From contig OZ241830.1 of the NCBI GenBank assembly GCA_965202585.1, positions 38,874,001 to 38,938,000 on the forward strand: a DNA stretch of 64,000 nt, in the 5' to 3' direction. The notes beneath the pieces were generated by a model. That model searched no databases, was not told the origin of the DNA, and saw only the letters and a list, made by a program, of their open reading frames with translations. Shown here one piece after another: positions 51,972 to 64,000 of the stretch. A program made the position numbers and the translations under genes. Position 1 is the stretch's first letter, and every line of letters begins with the position of its first letter. Origin of the DNA: Thalia democratica. Lineage: Eukaryota.

Positions 51972-52279
51972 GTCACGTAAATCAAGTTGCCATGGAAATA
52001 CGTTGTTGCACGCAACCGATAAATGTCATTTCTTAGCAACAAGAGTTGCATAATAATCAGAAAGCTTTTGATTTCTGGGCACGGCCCTGCTCACGTGATT
52101 AGCAACAAACTGAGTGTCGAACATGTGAAGATTTTACAAACCCTTTATTAAAAACTTTTCGGTAAACACGCGATAAGATTTGAAAAAAAAACTGCTGTAG
52201 AGTTTTATCAAAAATAGTACTTTTTAATCAGTTAAACTAAAAAAATCCTGCAGTAGTTTTGTATTAATTCTTATAAGCT
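51972..52279 (+). repeat. Duplicated non-coding block W2, copy 3
   Basis: Near-identical to 15442-15753. Confidence 0.95.
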
Positions 52280-55200
52280 ATATACAATTGGTCACTGCAA
52301 AAGAACGCTTAACAGAGTTAATCTCTACGCGAGTTTTTTAAGTTTAATACAATGTAAAAGTTGCTTTATTCGTTTATAACATAGCTGTAAAAGTTTTCCT
52401 TCAAAAGTTTTTACTTCATTTTTGTTAGAAAATTATTTTGAATTTAAATCGTGTAGGCTATAAACAAAAGTACTACAAAAGTAGTAATAACTTTTTGATT
52501 AAACTATATTTAAGTGTTAGGTTTATAGAAATTAGATATCTTAAGGCTGTTTTTAAAACTTTAAAATATAAAATACTTAATATAATAAAAAATCGACTTC
52601 ATGTTTTGAAATATGTAAAGCATTCTGCTTTAAAATGAGATTTATAGATAAATCTTAATTTGTAAATTATTGAATCAAAAAAGGTAGAAACAAACATTTT
52701 TAGTGATATTACAAAACTGATTTTTATCTTTAAACTGTTTATTTAATTATTAGTTTTTTAGTTTTTTTTTACTTAAAATTGTGAAAACTAAAAAATCTAT
52801 TACAAACTTACAAGTTCTACCAGACCTTATTGTTTAAAAACATTTCTACATGTAAGTAAGCATTAACATTCTACTTATATACCCAGATTGTCTTTAAGTT
52901 AGTTCAACGAAGATAAAGTAACAACAGTTAAAAATTTAGATAGTAACAATTACACAATTCATAGTGGGTTGCGTATCAATTAATTTTTAAACTTATCTTT
53001 TGATTTACAGTTAGTTTTGCTTAATCCAAAATTATATTTGAACTGATATAAGAACAAAGCTTTCACTGTCATAAAGCCATTCATAAACAGAAAAGTTTCA
53101 CATTAGTATAAAAACCCTACATGAAATAATTATCTAGGTGGGCTTATTGTATTTCCGCTCGATAACAATCACACTGTTCATTTGCTAAATTAAAACACAC
53201 CACTTGACTTTTAAGTTAGAAAATAAGTTTTTCTCAATTTTTACCGAAATAACACCATAATACTGTTTAAAGTTAAAATATAGTAATCGTAGTAGAAATT
53301 GTTGATCATAGAACTTGATAGTAAAAAATTTCGTTTTCCACAATTATGTATTAAATTGCGGTATTTGAATGTAAGTTTTATAGAAACAAAACAATATGCA
53401 AATATTCAATACGATTTACGTAAGTAAGTTAAATAAAATTTTGCTTTGAGCTTTATCTCTCTAAAAATGTTTTTAAAATTCATTTTTGTACTTTGTGTAG
53501 CTGGAACGTATACAAAATTGATCAAAAATTGCTCTATGACTTATTTAAAAAATTATCTAATGTTTTTAATTTACAAAATGTGTAGTAGCATTGATTATAA
53601 ATGGTCATTTTACTGCATTGTACATACCGAAAAAAAAAATTCGTTTTGCTCTGAGCAACTAAATTCTGTTAAAGTTTTTACAAACCAGAAAGATGAATTA
53701 CTTGCAGTTAAACCGATATTATGTTCGAGAGTTTTAACAAGTATAGTTACTTATTTTTTAAGATTTTAGTTTTAGATTTAATATGACTAAACAAAGTGGA
53801 CAGTAGTTTTATACTTGAATAACTGGCTCGCAGGCCTTAGTTTGCTGACACTTTGATTAACGAGTATGAGCTTATTTAGTTGCTTCTAAGAATTTAATTT
53901 CTTCAAAAAATCAAATCTACGTTTGCTAAATAAAATATCATCAAGACATATATACCTTCTGTTTTACATAAAACTATTAAAAACTCGAAATTAAGCACAA
54001 TATTGTTCTTAAGCATTTCATAAGTAAATTAGATGTCGCGGATAGCATCTACTACAGTGTGCAGTGTAGTTTTCAAGTTAACTATCGCTGTTTAAACTTT
54101 ATTTAAACCTAATCTAAGATTAAGGCAACTTAATACGATATTTATTTCCTAAAAAATTGTTTTAAATTTAGGTACGCACAGACAAGTTTAAAAAAATTAC
54201 CTTTGGAATTTCAACATTCATAAGAATTTTTTACTCGTGCTTATAGCCAATCATCAAGCGTAAAAGACAACACAATAGTTTGTTTGATTTATACACCATA
54301 ACTTTCTAGAAAGGTGTTATACAGTAAATATTTTTGAAGTTTAGGTTTAAATTCAGTCTCGATGTGTTGTATTTAATTTGAAATTATTGTTAGTAAATTT
54401 AATAAAGTTAAATACCTAAGTTTATATAAAGGCTTTTCATATTAGCTTGGGTTAAGGTTGATACTTAAAAGGAGTTATGTTTAAATAAAATTTGGTACTT
54501 CCTAAAAAGGTTTCCAAATTGTGTTTAAAGGTCACAAAAAAGTTTTGATTGAGTAATTTATTTTTAATACTTGACGCCCGGACCCTTTGGAAAAAATGCT
54601 CAATATCTCTCAAAACTTATGTGAGATAAAAACTTCAACCTCTGAGTTTTTAGATTAAAACTGTTTTACATGTAGTAATTATCGCTCAAACACTCTGTGT
54701 AAAGTTTAAGACGGCCTGGAAAACGTTCTATGAAGTATTTTTTAGATTTTCTGTCATTTTTTATCGATTTTTGTAAATTACAGTAATTTTTTTAAACATC
54801 AAGAAAATTTTTAATAAGAGATATTCGTTTATCAAAGCTTCTCAGACATTTTTATACTCGTACCAACAAACAGTTATCAACTAATTTCGCCGTCACATTT
54901 GACAAATTACAAAGCAACATTCAAAATAGCAATTATGTCAATTAGCAAACAAGTATCACCACTAAGTTTTGCCAGCTAATACATCAAACTTAGTTATTAT
55001 GTAAGAACATACAGCCAGCCAGGTATTTGGATAAGCCAATTACTGGCACGTTGCTCGTAGTATACCTCATTTTGAAAGTTTCAGTTTCCATATTTGGGTG
55101 ATTAATTATTAGCTTAATTCTTACTATCTTTTTGAAGTTATAATTTGAAACAGCCCTTATATGGTGAAATAATTAAATTGCTAATACTAGTTCAATAAAA

Positions 55201-57425
55201 AATTTAAGAATAAAACATTTACCGACTGTGCACTATCTTATGAGGTGAATAAAGTTGTAATGGTTTTGATGTAGGAGTGTAAAAGAAGTGATTAACTTAT
55301 GACCTGAAATGTTTCAAGTTCAGACGAATATAATAAACGGCCACGCAATATGTTAAGTGAGAAGCTGGTTGCTTGCTCATTTGCATAAACAGATTCAAAA
55401 ATATTTGCACTTTTTATGTATCTTAGTGGAATAAAAATAATTTTAATAATAACTTTTTTTTTTTAATTGTTAAGCCGTAAAAAGTATTCATAATATGAAT
55501 TAACTGTTACTCAATAACAATAATAGCTACATCTTAAACTAAAGTCGTATTTTTTTTTCTAATTAGGTTTTTTTTTTCAATTCCGCCATATTGTAAAAAC
55601 TGCCAGTACTCAAAAGATATTTGTTTCCAATATTGCTTAAAAAGAGAAACTAAGTACTGTAGTCGATTAAAGTCTATATTGTTTCCTCCGACCATAGTCT
55701 GTTTACTTACCAACTAAACTCTGATCTTACTGGCAAACATTATAAGTCTTTAAGTCTTGCCTAAAACTAAGTGTTTAATTATCTTTCAACTTTTTAGCCA
55801 TTTTACTTTGCGTTAAGTTTAATAAAAAAGTTAGCAACTACTATTGAGCTTCGTTAAAAGACATTAAATAAATTAATTATTTTAGATGACAGCATTTAAA
55901 CTAAAAAAAAACTGAACTTTTTTAACTTTGAATCTCATTTAAATAAAATTTCTTTAGACTAGTTTAAACTAATTTCACTGCCAATTAAAAGTTAATATAA
56001 GAAGTGCTAGTAACTTATTCTTGTATGACAGAGCAAAGTACCACAGAGGTAACAAAGGAATAATCTATGTAGATAATAAGTTGATAAGTTCTTAAAAAAC
56101 ATTTCTTCAATTAAATAAGCAAAATAATCAATTAAAAAATTTAAATTTAAATTATCACAAAAATATACCTAAACATTTTGTTTTTTATTTCTTTTCAATC
56201 GATACCCAGTCAGAGATGCCATAATTTAAGTACTATGAGCTCGTCATGCTCGAAGAAACCGGTAACTAGAGTATAATGAGTTATGAGAAAGTAGTTACAT
56301 AAAGCTTCAAAAAAACTTGATACAATAGAAGTTTTCGCTACTTGTAAACTGCAAGTTATGGAATACAAAAAAGTTTATAAACAAATACTGACTTGTTAAG
56401 CAGAGGTCTACTAACTTATTTATTTAGATTTATTTTACAAATATAACTTTTAAATAAACTAAAATATATAAATTTCATTGTATGTTTACTTTTTTAAACT
56501 TAATTAAATGATTTGTGAGCATGAATGCAAACTGTTTTTTAACTACGCTATTTTTTAATAAATTTTATGGACCACAACACAAATTGACATGTAGAAATTT
56601 CTATTTAAAGCAAACAGTTTTATTGTATAACTTCAATCAAAAATTTAAATTTATTTAGCAGTCTAAATAAATTAATTTAAACCAGTTGGTAAGCTTAGTT
56701 AAAAAGTATAAATTTAAAATACATACAATAAAATACAATTTAAACTTTTATTTTAAACTGCAAGATATTTTTAAAAAGTAAAATTACGTTCAATAGTTTA
56801 ATAAACTATACTTTAAAAATAATAAAGCTTTAGGACAAGGAAATAAAAAAAAAAAGTTTGTATCAACTGCAAAATTTATAAACGTTTCAACTTTTAGAAA
56901 CTTAAGTATTTAAAATAACTAACAAAGACTATTATTATTATAATAGATTACATTATTATAAATTAATAATTATTATAAATTACTTAATAAAAGCATTTTT
57001 TTAATTTTTTTGATAACTTTTGTAATGTGTTTTTGTTTATCATATAAATGAAAAACATGTACATTACAGCTTTTAAAATTTCGTGCTTTTAATCATACTT
57101 ATAAATAAAAATCAATCTATAAAACTATTTTTCAAGGTAATATTTAAAATTAATTAATTAATTTAAAAGGTTTCATAAAACAAATTAGTTAAAAAAATCA
57201 AAAACTAATAAGCTGTAATTTTATTATTAAACTTAATCGAAGTAAGAAAAAAATTGTAATTGTTGAAAAAATTTGTTGTGTTTATACCATTCAAGAGCAA
57301 AATTAAAATATAGCTTCATTCTGAAACGGAAAAAAAATTTAATACAAAACTGGATAGTTATGTAAAAAATAAACTGTTTATTCCTATTTCTCCTAGTTTA
57401 AAACAGTTGTTTGTTCTGTTAAAAA

Positions 57426-57440
57426 CAGTGGCGACTCGTG
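57426..57440. mobile_element. Probable hAT terminal inverted repeat (CAGTGGCGACTCGTG); partner probably beyond the window
   Basis: Resembles the CAGTGGCGTCGCGTG end of the 24485-27199 element. It precedes the AT-rich stretch containing transposase exons. No partner was found inside the window. Confidence 0.45.
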
Positions 57441-60010
57441 TCTTTTTGTTAGGAATTAGCATGGTCAAGTCAAAAATATCCTACTTTAATACATTAAGAT
57501 GAAACTCATAATGGTTTTATAAAGAAAAAGAAAATTAAGAAATAAACAATTTTTAGCTTTTAAGCATAACTTTCTTGAACATACTAAATTGAATACATCT
57601 TAATTAAAACATAAACAAATAAAAACATTAAAAAATATTTTTCATGACTTTATATATGAATTTTTAATTATAGGCTAAATTTATTTATAAGTATTTTAAT
57701 ACGCGTAAGAATGAAAAATAAATTCAAATGAAGCAAATAAATTATCAGGCTACTAAACGTTGTTATAATCATACAGCTTATAAAATAAAAACATATCATA
57801 GATTGAGAAAACAATCTTAGGAATAGATATAACTTAAATTCAAGAACAAAATAAGTATGATTAACAAAGTTAACACTAAAATACTTTTTACAAACAAGTT
57901 GAAACAAATATATGTTTCTAAAACCTATACATCTTTAATTTAGTACACAACATTTTTGTTCATATAGTATGTATAAACTCTTTTTTGTTAATTTTTTTTT
58001 TTCGGAGATAAAAAATCAAATTACAAGTTATAAATAGTTTACTATCATCCAGTTCCAAAATAAATTAAAAAACCAAGCTTTTAAAAGCATTTTATTAACT
58101 ATAAGCTTATTAGAAATTGGTTTATTTTACTTAATTATGAAAATCAATCAAAGTTGAACATTTAAAAATCAATGAATATTTAAAAAAACAAAATTTAAGT
58201 AGCTATAGTTTGGTAAAAATAAGGAGAAAATAAACATCAGTAATAATTTTTTGTAGATATAAAGTTGACTTAAAATGTAAAGAAACTTTTAAAGCAGTTA
58301 AAAAAAAACTGCTTTAAACAGTAACTTTTATTTTAAGACACTTAATTTATTTTAAGAAGTTAAAAGTAGCATTCAAAATTGAAAAATAACACAAGAAGGA
58401 ATTTTTGATTGAGACTTTCACCCCTTCAACATAAAACTTTTTTAAAGTTAACTACTACAGAAGAATTTTTTTATATGTTTGATCTTTTTATAAACATGAC
58501 CATAAAAGAAAAAACACCAAAAACCTACTTCTTTGTTAAAATTAAAATAAATTTAAACGATCTAATAAAACAAAAAATAAAGTTCTTCTTAATACATTTA
58601 AACTTAAATAGCTTTTATATTTAGAAAGTTTTTAATGAAACTATAACTCTTAAAACCAGATAAAAAAGAACAACATTTTCTTAACGGTTTAAACACAACA
58701 ATTTATCTTTAAAAATTATTTTATTTAAATGACAAAGTTGTTACAAAAACAATTATTAAAAATATAAATGTTTACTAAACTATGTTAGTATAAAAAAGAT
58801 TTTATTAAGTTATATTTTCGAAAACTCATCTCAAAAAATATTAAGAAAAACTTATTATAGTACTTCAAATATACTCTGGCTTTGAAGAATGTTATTTTAC
58901 AATTAACAATATTAATAAAATTGCATTGACTTTAGAATATATAATAGCTTGGATGCAGCAACTATTTTTATTAAGCAACAAGACATGTATAAAACCATGA
59001 CATTTTTCGTCTAAATCTTAAGCATTTAAAATATTTTTTCAATTAAGAAACTGCAAACCTCTTGCTTTACACCTTTGTGTAATGGTAAAATCTAGTGTGA
59101 TTAAACTGTTTTTAACTTGAACTTTTCAACAGTTGTAAAAGTAAGTTTCTCAGAAAACTTGATTGTGTTTGCTTGAAAAATGAAGATGGTGAGTTTCTTT
59201 TAGTCGGTCATTTATATTTTCTTTCCCATAAGAATATTATTGTGTTCTCCAACTTTAACCATCTATTTGTCAAAATTTAGTTATAGAACAGTTAAAAAAA
59301 AATTTGTAGTTCATTTAAAAGTCGACAAAAAAAGTTAATCTTTAAAAGTTTACTTTATTAATTTCTTAATATCAATTCATTCTTCAATTAACCCATCCAG
59401 TATTCATGGAGTAGTACAAAAGTTCTTAAAAAATAAAAACATAGTTTTATTGATTAGAAAACTATATTAAGTAACAAAAAACTAGAGCTAATTAAAAAAA
59501 AATTACATTACTATCAATCTATACTGTTTTAAGTAGTTTTTTTAAGTAATCATATTGAAATAAAAATTTATATGTAAAACCTTAAAAATTTATGATGAAA
59601 ATTGATTTATAAAAACAAATTATACAGTAATTTTCCTTTATTGTACCAACATATGTTTCTGTTGTTAACGAATCAACACACTTCAACTGGTTTTTTAATG
59701 GAAAGAATGGTTACCTAACTTTGAAAAAATGTATAGTACAGTAAAAGTTATGCAAAATCTTTAAAATTTTATCAATTTTGTTAGTAAATACCAAATTTTA
59801 TTATGACAAATAAATATTATGACAAATAAACTGAACTAAAATAATTTCAAAAAGTTATAAATTTAATATTTTTCTTACTTAAATAACTACTACTTCATTT
59901 CCATTTTTTTAAATAGGAAATATAAAATAAATTGTTTATAAATAATTTGACTTGAAAAACTTTAGTTAAAAAACATTTAACTACAAAAGAAGTATGTTAC
60001 AAAAACTTAC

Positions 60011-60169
60011 AAATCGCAACTACATTTTGCATTTTAATGTTGTAAATTTTAAAAACGTTTTTAAAACCTTGAGCTATTGCAGCACCGGTTTTGTTTTCAA
60101 ACTTTTCTAAATGTAGAAAAGTTGAATTAGCTTTTTGGGTAGTGTTGCTTATGTAGCAAATACTAACAC
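60011..60169 (-). pseudogene. hAT transposase, third exon (GVSICYISNTTQKANSTFLHLEKFENKTGAAIAQGFKNVFKIYNIKMQNVVAI)
   Basis: Bounded by taacAG| and |GTAAGT. The phase-1 join restores FLG-VSICY...STFL, the segment that follows DESTD in this transposase family. Confidence 0.8.
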
Positions 60170-60846
60170 CTGTTATCAATCAACAGTGTAAAACTTAAAA
60201 CATAAAACATTTAATTTTTTTTTATCTCACTAAAAAAAGCAGAATTTTTAAAATAATTAAATTAGTTTAGTAAAATTTATATTTTGCACTGAAAAAAAAT
60301 TGCTGAAACTGTTTTATTTTTGACATTCAAAACTTTAATAACTACTGAGACTGATACTTTGCTAAGAAACTCAGCTTAAATAACAAAAATACTAATTCTA
60401 ATAAACAAAGTAATGTTAAACTAGAGACTTTTTAAGTTTATCAAAGAAATTTTGATACATAAAAAACTTTTTTTTATTTGTGAAACATACAAATAAAATG
60501 ATTTAACAATACTCTAGGTAAACTTTGACAAAAAACAGTTTGTCTATATTTTCAAATTCATTTTGAATTCTAATTTCATTGCAGTACAAATTGGTAAATC
60601 ATTGTGATTAAAAATGTAATTGGAGTAAAATTAGCATAAGTTAATAGTAAACAAATTTGCAAATACTTAAAAACAATACTTGATAAGTGTGTACATTTAA
60701 AAAATCAAAATAACTTAACATATGATAAAACATATACAAAAAAATCTAAATTTTAATTATGATTATAATTATGATAGTATAGAAATACTTAGGCATTTTA
60801 TACACATTAAATATTAGACAATTTATATTTATAATTTTTTATTCAC

Positions 60847-61279
60847 CCAAAAAACTACTTCCTAAAATATCAGTGCTTTTGTCTAAGTAGAAAGAGCACT
60901 GCTGTAAAATCATGTCACTTATAATAAACTTTCTAAATATAGGAGCAAGTACATTGACTGTCATAGAGGTACATTTTGTACTTCGAAGTGTACAACTGTT
61001 TGAAGTATTACCAGTTGCTTTAAAAACATCAAGTAAGTGGATAGAAGCATTCATTTTATTGTGCAATGCTTGGTACAAGGCAAGTCTTACTTCTATTTTG
61101 TGTTTCTGTATTTTTTCATCTGAAATCGTCATCTTTTTCAAAAGATTGTGGTAATAATTGACGCAACAGGTGCTTATTGGTTTTTGCGTGCATTTTTAGT
61201 GTATATTTCTTAGGGAGTAACAGAATTTTACACTTTTTACAGTGAATCATATTCCCACCATGCCATGGCTGAATCCAGT
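60847..61279 (-). pseudogene. hAT transposase, middle exon: zinc finger (WIQPWHGGNMIHCKKC...HAKTNKH) then DUF4371-like region to SFYLDKSTD; frameshift near 61141
   Basis: C-x2-C...H-x5-H finger, STKCT..NVLAP and DKSTD (DESTD-like). The acceptor reads ttttAT instead of AG. The donor TTG G|GTGAAT is in phase with the next exon. Confidence 0.82.
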
Positions 61280-61973
61280 ATAAAAGATGCCATGTTTATA
61301 TGTTAAAACACAAAATTAAGAATGTTTTTAAACAGTTTTTGTTTATTACCTTCACAAAAATAGACCTTGCAACTGATTATTAAGGAAATAAGGGGTCCAT
61401 TTTCATTTTTAAGCAATCTTCTTCAAATTTTCACAAAAAGTCAATTATTAAATTCTAAAAAGATTGAATGCAGGAGTATTTTAATTTTGAAAAAAAAAAA
61501 TCTTTTACTTGAATTTAAATCACCAGTTTTTTTTTATTTACTAAAAACATGTATGATAGTTTTTTGTAAAATTAATTAATTTAGAAAAAAATTTCTAGAA
61601 AATTTGATGTAAATTACTTAAAATATTCTTAAGAGAAGAAGAAAAAGATTGATCAAACTTTTGAGAAAGTTGGTTGTAAATAAGTTTTTACTTGAAATTA
61701 GTAACAAAACTGTTTATATTTCATTAACTAGTTGAAATTTTTAGTTCATGAAGTTTTTCTTTTAGGATATATTTCAAGCTTAACAATATGGGCCTGAGTT
61801 AATTGATAAAACAGTACTATATTATTGAATTAATAAATTTTTGACCAACTAAGTCTAAACATTTAGTGGTTATTGGCCAGGCAAATCAGCTTTTTACAAT
61901 ATTTAACTTTAAAGAACCAATAAACATGTATGAACAACATTACAATTTAGAAAATAGTTGTGTCATAAATTAC

Positions 61974-62095
61974 TTTTAAGTTGTGGATCTGTTTCCCATT
62001 CTTTACGATATTTCCTCTTGTATTTCTTTTGAAGCTCAGTTTTCTGCATCTTCTTCTACAAAATCTTCTTTAACAAAAATTTCTACAGTTAACGG
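61974..62095 (-). pseudogene. hAT transposase, 5' exon (MQKTELQKKYKRKYRKEWETDPQLK; ATG at 62049)
   Basis: Bounded by ttttcAG| and |GTAATT. The KY..KYR.EW..DP.LK motif typically precedes the zinc finger of ZNF862/DUF4371-type hAT transposases. Confidence 0.7.
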
Positions 62096-64000
62096 CTGAA
62101 AAAGAAATATATCAAAATTAAAAATTATACGTTTTATTACTGGTATACTTGGTTTTCAAAGAATGTTTTATAAGACTTATTTAAAACTACAAGACCGTAA
62201 CTAAAATTAATTATATCTATAAAACACTCTTGTCAAACCTAAAAAAACACTTATCTTTTACCAATTTTAAGTTTTTACTTATTCTAAACTTAACTGAATA
62301 GTCTTAATTTTAAACTAGTTAGCTTAAAAAAGTAGTATTCTTCAGAGTTTTGGAGCCTGTTTAAATGTATTACACTATTTTTTTTATCTAACCATCTAAC
62401 TTTTTTTTTATTTAAGCTAAAATAAAAAAGAAAACAAAGTCAGATTTACTAAAAAAAAGATATGTAGGAAACTTTTTGTCATATTAAATAATACTATTTC
62501 ATTAATAGTATTGAAACCTTTGTAGAAAAGTAAAAAGAAAAGTAATATTGATCTTTTCTAATTATCAGTTTTTTTTTTACCTTAATGTCTTTTTTTAGTA
62601 TTTTTAGAATTCTAGTTTCAAGAAAATGTTAAACTTTATAAGTAAAGTTTTTTAAAACTTGAGGTAGATAATTTTAAGAAAACATTTAAATATTATAATC
62701 TGTAAAGAAATAAAAGTTTGTTTCATGTACTTGTATATGCTCTTATATTATATCAACAGTTAATTAAATATTTGTTGGTTTATAAAAACTTTCTTACCAT
62801 TTTTTCTCTAGCTTTTATATAAGATCTTATGTTAAGGTTAAGGTGACAAGAAAAGGAGTTCAATACTCTTTTAAAACAAAAGTTAACATAAGCTTTTGAA
62901 TGAAGACTCAAATTAAACAATATAAAATGTTTTTCATTGAATACTTGAATTGTAATTAAGTATAACTTTAAGGTTTAGTTTAGTAAAAAGTTTCTGGTAC
63001 AAACTCATTATGAAGAAGTTTTTTATTTCCAATTTTCAAGTATTTCAATCAAATTTAATTAAGATCAAACAAATGTAAAAAAAAAATATTTCTCTACTTA
63101 CTTTTCAAGAAAATAAATTCAAACTTTTAGGAAAAGTTTCTTCCATTACATAAAAAAATAAATAGTAAAAATTACAAAACATTAAAAAAGTAAATACTTT
63201 ATTACCAACAAGTAAAAAACAGTTATATGGTTTTTTTGTAAGTAAATTTACTCAATTTTTTTAAGCCTAGAACAGGGCTGTTTATTGATAAGTCAATGTT
63301 AGACTGAGAATGTTTAAGAATGATTGCTTATAAACATTGTGAGGATTAATGATTTTAATGAAATAGTCTACTTTATTTTTTTTTAATTTGTGCCACTGGT
63401 TTTAATAAGAACTGAATAAACTCTCTGACTTTGTTTCCTTAAATGTTAAAAACTAGTTTAAGCACAAGTAAATGTAAAAACTAACTTCTAGCCAAACTGA
63501 AAACTTAAAATTCAAACTATTTTTTTAAAAACTATCTAAATCTTACCCCTTTAGGGCCTTAACTATTGTGAAAAATAGGTTCTTATCACCTTAATAAATT
63601 ATTTTTTATGAAACTTGCTAAAAATTTAACTATTTCTTTGTAAAATTTAATTTGCTTTATAGTTATGATTACTTGTCTCAAATATAAAATGTAAGTTAAG
63701 TTTAAAATGCCTAAACTTAAATCATAATTTTAGTAAAGGTATTTATTTAGAACAATGTTTTTTAAATTATTATAAACTTTAGGCAACATAACTACTAACA
63801 TTTTAATAAAAAGCTGTTTTATTTGATTATAAGTTGTTTATTAAATAAATTGTTTTATACAAGTTTATTGAAATTTGTAATGTTTCTAATAATTAAGCAG
63901 TTATATTTATTAAAACGAGATTTTGTTATTTAAACAATATAAATTATATAAAAAGCTCTTACACACAACTTTAGTCAGATGAAATCAAATTTAAAGTAAC

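Noticed and set aside
54560-54900. MITE-like stretch (TTAATACTTGACGCCCGG...AATATCTCTC...GAGATA)
   Set aside because: Resembles DNA-transposon subterminal sequence, but no matching right TIR or TSD could be found.
59100-59750. Possible further hAT transposase exons
   Set aside because: Trial translations gave stops and no convincing family motifs.

Overview
Very AT-rich eukaryotic (invertebrate-animal-like) genomic DNA with spliceosomal GT-AG introns. The species cannot be fixed from sequence alone, and no rRNA, tRNA or CRISPR array was seen. The window is dominated by a tandemly duplicated fibroblast growth factor (FGF) locus on the + strand. Copy C (39749-46720) is complete, with four coding exons and about 370 aa; its fourth exon is missing from the ORF track. 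Copy A (3802-7540) has intact exons 2-4 with mostly synonymous divergence but no exon 1 in the window. Two decayed units lie between them: about 16-24 kb (non-coding blocks only) and about 28-36 kb (frameshifted exon 3). A collinear series of non-coding blocks, several with RFX X-box-like and CRE-like motifs, recurs in 2-3 copies even where the exons are lost. Mobile DNA comprises a 2.7-kb non-autonomous hAT element with a perfect 8-bp TSD, a composite hAT-type MITE, a 5'-truncated Penelope-like GIY-YIG fragment, an isolated hammerhead-like motif, and a decayed intron-containing hAT transposase on the - strand near the right end. All alignments were done by eye.
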